A DNA stretch of 64,000 nt from an uncultured Gammaproteobacteria bacterium (GTDB lineage: Bacteria > Pseudomonadota > Gammaproteobacteria > CAKMZV01): NCBI GenBank assembly GCA_929200535.1, contig CAKMZV010000006.1, forward strand, positions 3,194 through 67,193. The letters run 5' to 3'. Positions 31,322-41,814 of the stretch are shown here, piece by piece. The position numbers were made by a program, and so were the translations under genes. The notes beneath the pieces were generated by a model, which worked only from the letters and a program-made list of their open reading frames with translations, searched no databases and was not told the DNA's origin. Numbering within the stretch: the stretch's first letter is position 1; every line of letters begins with the position of its first letter.

Positions 31322-31480
31322 GAGACCTTTGCGCAAAAGATATGACAAGTAAAAAAGCAAAAAATTGCCCTGATTTTCGTTGTGAAACTTGCGAAGACGG
31401 ACGTATTAGCAGCGTTTCACGCCTCAATCAGAACAATTTTTTATCTTTTTTCTTTTGCCATACTTTTATGCAAAGGTCTC
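31322..31480 (+). mobile_element. MITE-like repeat, 159-bp core form (copy 5)
   Basis: Complete termini. The ATG at 31468, inside the right terminus, begins the signal peptide of the downstream gene. Confidence 0.85.
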
Positions 31481-32331
31481 TAATTTTTGCTTTAGTTTTT
31501 TTACTGATTAGCAACGCGGCTTATAGTAAAAATATTTCCACAGGCTCAATAAATATAAATACAGCAACAGCGTATCAACTCACATTATTGCCTGGAATTG
31601 GAAAAGCAACGGCAAAGAAAATTATCATCTCAAGAGAGAAAAACCCCATTCTCAATAAAATCGACTTATTAACGCGTCGCCTTATCCGCTCCAATTATTG
31701 GGAAAACTTAGAACCGCTGATTAGTTATACAGGAAATCATCAATACGATGATCCAAATAAAAAAAGAAAAGCCTCCAGTAGCAATAAATCCAATCAGAAA
31801 AAAAAATACCACAGTAGCAATTGGGGCAAAAATTTTGCTATCAACAAAGCCATTCAAATTGATAATGCTGAAAAAATCGTCTTGCTCACCGATGGTTCCT
31901 TTTTCGTCCACCTCAGCAACGCCTTAAATCAAGCAAAAAAAGAAATTTGGCTATCCACCTTCGTTTTTAAAACAACTCAGAATAAGCATAACAAAGCGGT
32001 ACAAATCGTTGAAATACTCAAACGCAAAGCCAAACAAGGCATTGATGTTAAATTAGTCTTAGAACAATCAGAATACCATCATGATTTATCAGAAGGAAAC
32101 CATCGCTTAGCCAATCATTTACGTCAGCATAAAATCAAAGTGTTTTTTGACTCAATGGACAATACAATGCACAGCAAAATTGTGGTGATTGATGGTAAAC
32201 AAGTTTTTTTGGGTAGCCACAATATGACCGATTCGGCTCTTAGGCGTAACCACGAAGCCAGCCTAATGATTATCTCCTCTCAACTATCCAAAGAGCTTAT
32301 TCACTACTTTGAAAGCATCGCTAAGGAATAG
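31468..32331 (+). CDS. secreted ComEA-like helix-hairpin-helix / single-HKD phospholipase-D-family (Nuc-like) nuclease
   Basis: Signal peptide MQRSLIFALVFLLISNAAYS, HhH motif LTLLPGIGKATAKKII, and a perfect HKD motif HSKIVVIDGKQVFLGSHN. The track ORF (31342) adds 42 repeat-encoded codons upstream. Confidence 0.7.
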   Translation: MQRSLIFALVFLLISNAAYSKNISTGSININTATAYQLTLLPGIGKATAKKIIISREKNPILNKIDLLTRRLIRSNYWENLEPLISYTGNHQYDDPNKKRKASSSNKSNQKKKYHSSNWGKNFAINKAIQIDNAEKIVLLTDGSFFVHLSNALNQAKKEIWLSTFVFKTTQNKHNKAVQIVEILKRKAKQGIDVKLVLEQSEYHHDLSEGNHRLANHLRQHKIKVFFDSMDNTMHSKIVVIDGKQVFLGSHNMTDSALRRNHEASLMIISSQLSKELIHYFESIAKE

Positions 32332-32335
32332 CGGA

Positions 32336-32467
32336 GAAAAATGAAAAAAAACCCTAATCTACGTTGTGAAATTTGCTAATACGAGACGTATTCGCTTCAT
32401 TTCACGCCTTGATTAGAACTGTTTTTTTTTCATTTTTCTTTTGCCCTCTGCCATTCTTCAAAGGTCT
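32336..32467 (+). repeat. decayed copy of the MITE-like repeat (copy 6b)
   Basis: It keeps the inner hairpin GTGAAAT...ATTTCAC and a degenerate right end ...TTTTCTTTTGCC..TTCAAAGGTCTT. The left terminus is lost. It overlaps the stop of the 32458 minus-strand gene. Confidence 0.6.
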
Positions 32468-33672
32468 TTAAACCTTTTTCGCCATTGAATCACACGCTGA
32501 TTATCGCGCTCTTCATACTGTTGAATGGCAGAGGGTAAATCCAACTCAAATGACTCTTCCCAATCCTCACCAATGGCAGTTAATCGCATAGTGTACCATG
32601 CCGTTAGTCCACCGGGAGGAAGGGACTCAAAGCGTGGAAACGTGGGATTATACTCCGCCTCATTTAACCATCTATCAGCCAGTCGTGGCTCAATAACCAT
32701 TGAGCGACCCAAACCAATAACATCCGCAAAGCCCTTATTAATAACCTCCACCGCCTGAGCCGAATGGGTAAAACCACCAGTCACCATCAATGGTATTTGA
32801 GTTATTTGCTTTGCCTGTTCAGCAAAATGTACAAAATACGGTCCCTTACTAACGCCCTCAGAACTTCCCTTGACTCCGGGGAAATATGTCCCCCCACTAA
32901 TATCAATTAAATCAAGCGATGTTTTATCTAATAATCGTATTGCTTTTAAAGCGTCTGCTTCACTTAAACCACCCTCCATTTGATCGCTTGAATTAATCCG
33001 AATTCCAATAGGGAACAAGTCCCCAACGGCATTTCTAACTGCTTCAATAATTTCAAGGATAATACGGCAACGATTCTCAATGGAACCCCCATAATTATCC
33101 GTGCGATGATTAAATAAAGGAGAAAGAAACTGACTTAATAAAAACCCATGCCCTGCATGAATATGCACGCCGCTAAAACCCACCTTCTTTGCTAACAACG
33201 CCGATTTAGCATACTTCTCAGGTAATTGTTTGATTTCATCAAGCGACATTTCCAAACACGTTAAACCCTCCAAATTTAAAGCAGAAGGTCCCACGGGTTG
33301 GCTAATTGATGACGGAGTCAATGCTCCAGCATGACCGATTTGTGCCCATAAATGAGCCCCATCAATCACTGAGCGTTGCGTTAATTCACGCAATAATTTA
33401 AGATTAGAATGCTCCCCAAGCACTAAATTTCCCGGCTTCTCAGGAAAACGCGGATCGCACTGCACCTCACCCACAAAAGAAATGCCCACACCACCCTTAG
33501 CCCATTTTTCATACAGCCGAATTTGTGCCTGTGTTGGATTCCCCTCACCATCCCCCAAAGAATCCGACATTGCTGCCTTAGCCAAACGATTTTTTAACAC
33601 CACCCCACAAGGAAGGGTTAAATTATTGTGTAGAGAGGACATGGGGTTGATGATGGTATTTTTATTTTTCAT
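32458..33672 (-). CDS. NADH:flavin oxidoreductase, Old Yellow Enzyme family
   Basis: LKNRLAKAAMS, HIHAGHGFLLSQFLSP..N.RTD.YGGS, and the TIM-barrel OYE pattern. Confidence 0.85.
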   Translation of the reverse strand: MKNKNTIINPMSSLHNNLTLPCGVVLKNRLAKAAMSDSLGDGEGNPTQAQIRLYEKWAKGGVGISFVGEVQCDPRFPEKPGNLVLGEHSNLKLLRELTQRSVIDGAHLWAQIGHAGALTPSSISQPVGPSALNLEGLTCLEMSLDEIKQLPEKYAKSALLAKKVGFSGVHIHAGHGFLLSQFLSPLFNHRTDNYGGSIENRCRIILEIIEAVRNAVGDLFPIGIRINSSDQMEGGLSEADALKAIRLLDKTSLDLIDISGGTYFPGVKGSSEGVSKGPYFVHFAEQAKQITQIPLMVTGGFTHSAQAVEVINKGFADVIGLGRSMVIEPRLADRWLNEAEYNPTFPRFESLPPGGLTAWYTMRLTAIGEDWEESFELDLPSAIQQYEERDNQRVIQWRKRFKDL

Positions 33673-33756
33673 AGCTTTATTGCAAAGGCCTCTATTTATC
33701 AGTTTTTTTAACCCTAATCAAAAAGTCAGAAAATTTATACTTCTTCCAGTCTCCCA

Positions 33757-34761
33757 CTACCCCAACTCCTTTCCAATCAATCGCTTCTCTCTTTCAAGCT
33801 CGGCTATGAGTTCCTCTTCGGTGGGTAGTATGTGCTGATATTTTGCAGCGAATAGTTGCCGATTTTCTTCAAGCACGGAATACTTTACGATGGTTTCATC
33901 TTTGTTATCACAGAGAATAATGCCAATAGTTGGGTTATCGTCTTGCCCACGCTTGAGATCATCAAACATACGTACATACATATCCATCTGTCCTATATCC
34001 TGATGGGTGAGTTTGTCGGTTTTTAGATCGATGACTACAAAGCATTTAAGTAGATAATTATAAAACACTAAATCAAGATAAAAATGACTGGTTTCGGTGC
34101 TGATACGCATTTGTCTTGCAACGAAAGAGAAGCCTTTACCCATTTCTAATAGGAAATTTTGTAACTCATCAATAATGGCTTGTTCCAAATCGGATTCTTT
34201 TTGTTTTGCTCGCTCAGGAAGTTGTAAAAACTCCAACACATAAGGATCTTTGATAAAGTCTAAAGTATTGGTCGGGTTAGGTTCTGTTTGTTTATTTGCT
34301 TTAGTCTGTGAGGAAAGTAACCGTTGGTAGCTGTGGCTTTTGATGTTGCGTTCAAGTTGACGCACTGTCCAGTTTTCAGCACGGCTTTCATTACAGTAGT
34401 ATTCTAATGCTTGAAAATTTTCAACCCGCATAATCAAACGTAAATGACTCCAGCTTAATTCTCTACACAGTGTGTAGAGATTCTGTTCAGAGAATTTGAG
34501 GTAAAACTGCCGACAGTTGTATAAATTTGCATAGGAAAACCCTTTGCCGAAATCAGCGGTTAAAGCTGTGGAGAGCTCTTCCATCAATCGCTTGCCATAT
34601 TTGGCTTTGTTATCCCCATGTTGCTCTTCTTCTACAATGCGTTTACCGATTAACCAATAGGCTTCTACCATCGCAGAATTAACAGCTGTTTGTGCCTTGC
34701 TTCTAGCCGATTGAAGTATGTGCCGAATATCGGCATGGAAAGAGGTTACTTCTATTCCCAT
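33757..34761 (-). CDS. DUF1016 (YhcG-like) PDDEXK-fold nuclease
   Basis: The N-terminal region ...AVNSAMVEAYWLIGKRIVEEEQHG...YGKRLMEELS is typical of DUF1016. The C-terminal nuclease core is DLVFYNYLLKCFVVIDLK (D...D/E-x-K). Confidence 0.75.
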   Translation of the reverse strand: MGIEVTSFHADIRHILQSARSKAQTAVNSAMVEAYWLIGKRIVEEEQHGDNKAKYGKRLMEELSTALTADFGKGFSYANLYNCRQFYLKFSEQNLYTLCRELSWSHLRLIMRVENFQALEYYCNESRAENWTVRQLERNIKSHSYQRLLSSQTKANKQTEPNPTNTLDFIKDPYVLEFLQLPERAKQKESDLEQAIIDELQNFLLEMGKGFSFVARQMRISTETSHFYLDLVFYNYLLKCFVVIDLKTDKLTHQDIGQMDMYVRMFDDLKRGQDDNPTIGIILCDNKDETIVKYSVLEENRQLFAAKYQHILPTEEELIAELEREKRLIGKELG

Positions 34762-34832
34762 TGGTGTTTTTATTGTTTATCTGTTGTTGTTTTTTAAGGT
34801 AGAGCAATGCGTTGTATAAAGGATAAAGTAAA

Positions 34833-36671
34833 TTAATCACTTTCGTTTAATTCTGTGCAAATTTTGGTATCCCAACGCTCATCAAGAAATGTTAACATTT
34901 TTTCTTTTCTTTTTTGAATTGTTTCTGGCGTCCAGTCTTCAAATTTTGAGACTGCTATCGCTGAGTAGCTATTTTTAGAAAATCGTTCTTTTTTATCATT
35001 AAAGCATTTGTTTTGTAGTTCTGAATTTACTCGTCTTGAAAGAAGCAGTAAATTTCCTAAGTCATGTAAGCAGTCTTTGTTTGGAAATTTATTTGTCCAA
35101 CACTCATTGGTAGCAGTTTGGGGGTAAATATGCTCTATACTATCCGAGTTGATATGTTCCCATTCCACTTTTAAATCTCCTCTCGCTTTTTCTTGCAAAG
35201 ATAACTCATACTCGTAAAGAAAATATTTTACTGCATTCCACTTATAGTATTTTTCTTCTTTTTTATTTATCGCCTCAGTAAATGTTTTTGCTAAATTATC
35301 TTTTGTAATCAGTGATTGAATTGCATTTAACAAATCATCCACTTTTGTACTCAATTGATCATCATTAGCAACATGTATTGTTTTGGCAAAACTATAAAAA
35401 GTTGTATTTTTATAGTTACGTTGTCGATGGTACAAATTAAATTCAATAAAAATAAATCTTTCTATTTCCTGCAGGACCTCAGTTATTTTTTCATCATCTA
35501 CATTACGAACTAACATAGCCATAATGGCAGGTTTGAATGCACCAAAGCTCAAACGATTAAGTTTTGTTAGCCATGTTTTTAGAGAGTCGGAATAGTTGCA
35601 ATCAGTATCTGTAGGGTTGTGTAAGTAGTAATAGTGTTTAACTGCTTTTTGCATATCCTTAACATAGATTTGAATCTTCTGAAAAGTTATGGGTCTCTCA
35701 TCTAACTGTTGTTGCTGTGCGCTACCATTTTCTAAGATTTGTGCATGCATTCGAAAGGATATAACCTTCTTAGCTGTAAAGTAGTCATCTAACAAGAATG
35801 TTTTATAAACTTTTGAGGTCTTGCGGTCGTATTGGAAATTCATTATCCAGTGGTCTTGCAAAAAATCATCATCTGAAATTTCTTTGTTGGGGTTCTTGCC
35901 TAAATACTCATATATTGTTTTCCATACATTATTTATATCTTCTCTAAGCAACTCTCTTTCTTTTTCATCGTTCTGAGGTAACAGTGTACTGAGGTATATC
36001 AATCTATTTTTCAACAACTCTAATGTAGTTAAAGGTTTACCTCTATTATTCATTGTTTCAAAAGCTACGAACTCATTTAACTCGCTTTCAATTTTATAAA
36101 AATTAAACTTCAATTGCTCGGTAATTTTTTTTAGTAACACTTCAAGGCTATCTTGGGCTTTATTTTTTAATTTTTCTTCAAAAAATTTTTTTGCATTTTT
36201 AAGATTATTCGTATAAACCGTATCATCAGGTGTACTATCGTCTGTACTTGATATTTCTAAAATTTTAGTTCTAAAATAGATGTGACTGGGGTTGTCTTCT
36301 TGATAACCAAATATTTGTTCTATTACTTTGCCTTCTTCTCCTGTTTTTCTATGCAAAAATATTTTTTCGTAGTCACTAACTTCCTTTTCATTTACCCATG
36401 AAACGTTTAAAGCACTTAGTTTCGTACAAATTTCTTTTATTGCAATAATAAGTGATGTAATCCTTTGTTGACCATCTACTATAAAGTAGGTATTATTCTC
36501 ATATTTTTTAACAGATAGCATACCTGTGTAATGAGCAGTTTCCTCTTCGAGTATATTCAAATCCTGCCATAAATCTTCTAATTGTGGATTTTTCCATGCA
36601 TAACCTCTTTGGTAATCAGGAATTCTAAATACTTTATTATTGAAAATTTCGGTTAAATTTTGTAGTTCCAT
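34833..36671 (-). CDS. GmrSD-like type IV (modification-dependent) restriction nuclease, DUF262 + DUF1524
   Basis: DUF262 motifs FRIPDYQRGYAW and DGQQRITS sit at the N-terminus. DUF1524/HNH-like motifs IEHIYPQ ... LGNLLLLSRRVNSELQNKCFNDKK sit at the C-terminus. Confidence 0.8.
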   Translation of the reverse strand: MELQNLTEIFNNKVFRIPDYQRGYAWKNPQLEDLWQDLNILEEETAHYTGMLSVKKYENNTYFIVDGQQRITSLIIAIKEICTKLSALNVSWVNEKEVSDYEKIFLHRKTGEEGKVIEQIFGYQEDNPSHIYFRTKILEISSTDDSTPDDTVYTNNLKNAKKFFEEKLKNKAQDSLEVLLKKITEQLKFNFYKIESELNEFVAFETMNNRGKPLTTLELLKNRLIYLSTLLPQNDEKERELLREDINNVWKTIYEYLGKNPNKEISDDDFLQDHWIMNFQYDRKTSKVYKTFLLDDYFTAKKVISFRMHAQILENGSAQQQQLDERPITFQKIQIYVKDMQKAVKHYYYLHNPTDTDCNYSDSLKTWLTKLNRLSFGAFKPAIMAMLVRNVDDEKITEVLQEIERFIFIEFNLYHRQRNYKNTTFYSFAKTIHVANDDQLSTKVDDLLNAIQSLITKDNLAKTFTEAINKKEEKYYKWNAVKYFLYEYELSLQEKARGDLKVEWEHINSDSIEHIYPQTATNECWTNKFPNKDCLHDLGNLLLLSRRVNSELQNKCFNDKKERFSKNSYSAIAVSKFEDWTPETIQKRKEKMLTFLDERWDTKICTELNESD

Positions 36672-36693
36672 AATTTTTGATAAAAATTTTCAG

Positions 36694-37737
36694 TTACCAA
36701 CTCCCGGTATTTTGGTATTCGGTGAAAATTTCATCGATTTTATTGCGGGTTTCTTCGTTGAGTGTTATTTCGGCGGAGCTGATGTTTTCTTTGAGTTGTT
36801 CCATTGTGGTGGCACCGATGATATTGCTGGTGACGAATGGTTGATCGTTAACAAAGGATAGGCACAGTTGGGTTAGGCTGATGTTGAGTTCATCGGCGAG
36901 TTGTTGATAGGCTGCTACGGCTTTGGCAGAGCGTTCATTGCGGTAGTAGCCCATCATTTGTGGGAAGAGTTGAAAACGTGAGTTTTCGGGCATTTGGTTG
37001 TTGGCGTATTTGCCAGTGAGAAATCCACCTGCCAGTGGGGAGTAGGCGAGTAGTCCGATTTTTTCATAGAGTGAGATTTCACTGAGTGCAACTTCGTATT
37101 CACGGCGGACAATGGAGTAGGCATTTTGATTGGAGACTATTGGGGAGAGTCCTTGATTTTCGGCAAGTTGTTGGTATTTCATTACGCCCCAAGCGGTTTC
37201 GTTGGAGAGTCCGATGTGTTTAAATTTGCCTTTTTTTTGTTCTTGGGAGAGGGCGTAGTAGTAGCTTTCAAGTTGCTCAAGGGCGTTTTCTTTGTACATA
37301 CTGGGGTGATGGTTTTGTTTGCCCCAAAGTTGCACGCCTCGTTGTGGCCAGTGTAGTTGAATTAAATCGACGTAGTCGGTTTTTAAGCGTTTTAGTGAGC
37401 CATCAATCGCTTTGCTAATATTTTTTTCGACAAATCCTTCTGCATCACGAATCCAAGGTAAGCCGTGGCCTGCGATTTTGGTCGCGAGGATAATTTCATT
37501 ACGTTTTTGGCTTTGCTGTAGCCAATTACCAATCATTTCTTCGGTTTTGCCGTAGGTTTCTTCTCTTGGTGGTACGGCGTAAATTTCAGCGGTGTCGATA
37601 AAGTTAACGCCGTTATTTGTTGCGTAGTCTAATTGTTTAGAGGCTTCTTGTTGGGTATTTTGTTCCCCAAAAGTCATCGTTCCAAGGCAGATTTTAGAGA
37701 CTTTTATGTCTGTTTTTCCAAGTGTTTTTTGTTGCAT
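36694..37737 (-). CDS. aldo/keto reductase (Tas/YajO-like)
   Basis: LGTMTFGEQ, FIDTAEIY, IATK, DLIQLHWP and IGLSNE motifs. Confidence 0.85.
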   Translation of the reverse strand: MQQKTLGKTDIKVSKICLGTMTFGEQNTQQEASKQLDYATNNGVNFIDTAEIYAVPPREETYGKTEEMIGNWLQQSQKRNEIILATKIAGHGLPWIRDAEGFVEKNISKAIDGSLKRLKTDYVDLIQLHWPQRGVQLWGKQNHHPSMYKENALEQLESYYYALSQEQKKGKFKHIGLSNETAWGVMKYQQLAENQGLSPIVSNQNAYSIVRREYEVALSEISLYEKIGLLAYSPLAGGFLTGKYANNQMPENSRFQLFPQMMGYYRNERSAKAVAAYQQLADELNISLTQLCLSFVNDQPFVTSNIIGATTMEQLKENISSAEITLNEETRNKIDEIFTEYQNTGSW

Positions 37738-37755
37738 TTTTGAGGTTGGTTTATT

Positions 37756-38517
37756 TTATGAACGTAGTTTATAGCCTGTTCGGAACATCCACCAGACAAT
37801 GCCAACGCAGGTACTTAGAAAGAGTCCGATAAAGATGAGGCTGAGGGTGATATTGACATCGGATACGCCAAAGAAGCTCCAGCGGAAGCCACTGACGAGG
37901 TAGAGTACGGGATTGAATAGCGAGATGGATTGCCAAATTTCGGGGAGCATATTGATGGAGTAGAAGCTACCACCGAGAAAAACCAGTGGGGTGATGATGA
38001 GGAGTGGGACAATTTGTAGTTTTTCAAAGTTGTCTGCCCAGAGTCCGATAATAAAGCCGAGGAGGCTAAAGGATAGGCAGGTGAGGATAAAGAAGGTGAG
38101 CATAATAATAGGGTGTTGAATGTGGAGGTCAACGAAGAAGTTGGAGGTGATTAGTATGATGCTACCAATAATAAAGGATTTGGAGGCAGCTGCTCCAACA
38201 AAGCCGAGGAGGATTTCGGTGGAGGAGACGGGGGCAGAAAGGATTTCGTACATTGTGCCGGTAAATTTTTGGAAGAAAATACCGAACGAGGCGTTGGAGA
38301 CGCTTTGGGTGAGGAGGGCAAACATCATCATTCCGGGAACGATAAAGGTGCCGTAGTCAATGCCTTCGACTTGGTCAATACGTGAGCCGATGGCACTGCC
38401 GAAGACGACGAAGTAGAGTGAGGTTGAGATAACGGGGGAAACGATGCTTTGACCGATGGTACTCCAAAAGCGTTTCATTTCGGCATTGTATATGGCTTTA
38501 ATCGCAGTTAGGTTCAT
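37756..38517 (-). CDS. ABC-2 type transporter permease (YadH-like)
   Basis: 253 aa with 6 TM helices. It overlaps the upstream ATPase gene by 4 nt. Confidence 0.75.
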   Translation of the reverse strand: MNLTAIKAIYNAEMKRFWSTIGQSIVSPVISTSLYFVVFGSAIGSRIDQVEGIDYGTFIVPGMMMFALLTQSVSNASFGIFFQKFTGTMYEILSAPVSSTEILLGFVGAAASKSFIIGSIILITSNFFVDLHIQHPIIMLTFFILTCLSFSLLGFIIGLWADNFEKLQIVPLLIITPLVFLGGSFYSINMLPEIWQSISLFNPVLYLVSGFRWSFFGVSDVNITLSLIFIGLFLSTCVGIVWWMFRTGYKLRS

Positions 38518-39440
38518 TTTTCATTAGTGACAAGGTTAACAAAGATATCCTCTAATGAGGATTTGGAGGTGTGTAGTTCGTTGATGAGAATATCACAGTC
38601 GGTGACAGCTTTGAGTAGTTTAGGTATGTTGGCGTATTCTTTTTGATTTTTGAAGTGGTAGTATAGCGAGGCGCCATCTTCGCTCATTTCAAAGTTGAGT
38701 GCTTTGAGTGTATCTGGGAGTTGGCTAAGTGGGGTTTGCAATTCGAGGTGCATATGTTTTTTGCCGAGCCGTTTCATAATGGCTTTTGTTTCATCAAGTA
38801 GGATGATTTTTCCTTGATTAATGACACCAACACGATCAGCAATGGCTTCGGCTTCTTCAATGTAGTGGGTGGTGAGGATGATGGTGACGCCAGATTGACG
38901 TAGTTTATCGACGATTTGCCACATATCTTTTCGTAACTCAACATCCACACCCGCAGTCGGTTCATCAAGAAATAAAATTTCAGGTTGGTGGGCGAGGGCT
39001 TTAGCAATAAGTACACGACGTTTCATTCCTCCTGAGAGGTTACGCATTTCTTCATTTTTTTTGTCGTGTAGAGAGAGGTCTTTGAGGAGCTGATCAAGGT
39101 AGGCGTCATCAGCTTTTTTGCCAAATAGTCCGCGACTGTAACGAAGGGTATTCCATACTTTGTCAAACATTCCAAGATGGAGTTCTTGCGGGACTAAGCC
39201 AATTTTTTCTCGTGCTTGGCGGTAGTGGGTGGTGTTGTCAAAGTTGTCAATAAGGATAGAGCCAGAGCTTTTATTGACTAAGCCACAGATAATTGAAATA
39301 AGGGTTGTTTTGCCAGCACCATTAGGTCCAAGAAGTGATAAAATTTCTCCTTTTTTAATGTCTAAATTAATGCTATGTAATGCCTGATGCCCATTGTTGT
39401 AGGTTTTGCTGACATTTTGGATTTGAATAATTGCGGACAT
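38514..39440 (-). CDS. ABC transporter ATP-binding protein (YadG-like)
   Basis: Walker A GPNGAGKTT, signature LSGGMKRR, Walker B ILFLDEPT. Confidence 0.9.
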   Translation of the reverse strand: MSAIIQIQNVSKTYNNGHQALHSINLDIKKGEILSLLGPNGAGKTTLISIICGLVNKSSGSILIDNFDNTTHYRQAREKIGLVPQELHLGMFDKVWNTLRYSRGLFGKKADDAYLDQLLKDLSLHDKKNEEMRNLSGGMKRRVLIAKALAHQPEILFLDEPTAGVDVELRKDMWQIVDKLRQSGVTIILTTHYIEEAEAIADRVGVINQGKIILLDETKAIMKRLGKKHMHLELQTPLSQLPDTLKALNFEMSEDGASLYYHFKNQKEYANIPKLLKAVTDCDILINELHTSKSSLEDIFVNLVTNEK

Positions 39441-39683
39441 AAGCGAAGGAGTATTGAGGTGACTTTCTATTGTATAAGGCGGTTTGTAGATTTAGAAATA
39501 AATACAACAAGTATCATATACATTCTAACTTAGTTTAATAATATTTATTTAGTGATTTTCAAGTGGTTTATTTATTTATCACAAATATATTGATATACAT
39601 AAATCACTAAGATTAAATCTTCTCAAAGGTAATTTAAAGACGGTTGAGGCATATGTTGGATTTACTAAGGATATTCTAGATAA

Positions 39684-39692
39684 GGGGGGGGG
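39684..39692. repeat. homopolymeric G9 tract in an AT-rich intergenic region
   Basis: Read directly: TAAGGGGGGGGGTAG. It lies 162 bp upstream of the 39854 start and 244 bp upstream of the 39440 minus-strand start. Confidence 0.9.
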
Positions 39693-39810
39693 TAGCGTTG
39701 ATATGGTTGTGCTGTTTTTGCTCTCGATGAGAGTTTGAGCAGGAAGGTGAACAAGTAGCGGATAAATTAAGGAAACACAATGCTCTGTGAGGGAGTTTGG
39801 GGTAGTTCAA

Positions 39811-39819
39811 TGTTATAAT
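39811..39819 (+). promoter_or_regulatory. candidate extended -10 element (TGtTATAAT) for the aminotransferase gene
   Basis: Exact TGnTATAAT about 35 bp upstream of the ATG at 39854. The -35 is weak. Confidence 0.35.
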
Positions 39820-39850
39820 TTAGATTCATTTTTTAATTAAATAGGATTGA

Positions 39851-41044
<1,194 letters not shown>

Positions 41045-41063
41045 AATTGAAGTTAATCATTTA

Positions 41064-41729
41064 ATGAGCCCCGTTTACCCACCAATTGAAAATATGATTG
41101 AACAGCAAATTCGCCCCTGGGGCGTGTTGGATCAGTCTATTTTAGATCTTTTATATCTTATTCGGCGTGAGGATTTTGTGCCAAAAAAATATAAATCTTT
41201 GGCATATTCGGATGTTTGCCTGCCGTTGTATCAAACTCAAAAAATGTTAGAGCCGAAAGTACAAGCTTTCATTATCCAAGAGATACAACCTAAAGATTAT
41301 GAAAATATTTTATTGATTGGCGCAGGTTTAGGCTTTATTGTTGCTTTGTTATCTTGTTTGAGTCGTTCGGTAACGGCTTATGAAATTAATAGAGATTTAT
41401 ATCAGCAGGCACAAAAAAATTTGCAAAAATATTCGATTAAAAATGTTGAACTTATTAATGCAGATGGTTTTGCGATTAAGGAGTTGAAGCCTTTTAATAA
41501 AATTATTATTTGTGGTTCTATTAGTAAACTCCCACAAATTTTTATTGAGGGATTGAAAGTTTCAGGTAATTTGATTTATTTTGAAAGACTTATTGGTCAT
41601 AATAATGTTATGGCAGAGATGAAGAGCCTTTATAAAGTTTCTTCCGAATCTCACAAAGAGGAAGTTTTATTGCAGATAGAATCGTCTTCACTGTTAAATG
41701 ACGAGATAAATGATCCGTTTATTTTTTAA
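41064..41729 (+). CDS. protein-L-isoaspartate O-methyltransferase-family protein
   Basis: Pcm-like N-terminal region (IRPWGVLDQSILDLLYLIRREDFVP) and SAM motif LLIGAGLGF. Confidence 0.6.
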   Translation: MSPVYPPIENMIEQQIRPWGVLDQSILDLLYLIRREDFVPKKYKSLAYSDVCLPLYQTQKMLEPKVQAFIIQEIQPKDYENILLIGAGLGFIVALLSCLSRSVTAYEINRDLYQQAQKNLQKYSIKNVELINADGFAIKELKPFNKIIICGSISKLPQIFIEGLKVSGNLIYFERLIGHNNVMAEMKSLYKVSSESHKEEVLLQIESSSLLNDEINDPFIF

Positions 41730-41814
41730 CTTTGGAAAGTATAAATGTTTAAGAAAGTGCTGGGTAAGTGCACATAAAATTCAATATCCTAAAGATATAT
41801 AGTGAAGCAAGGCT

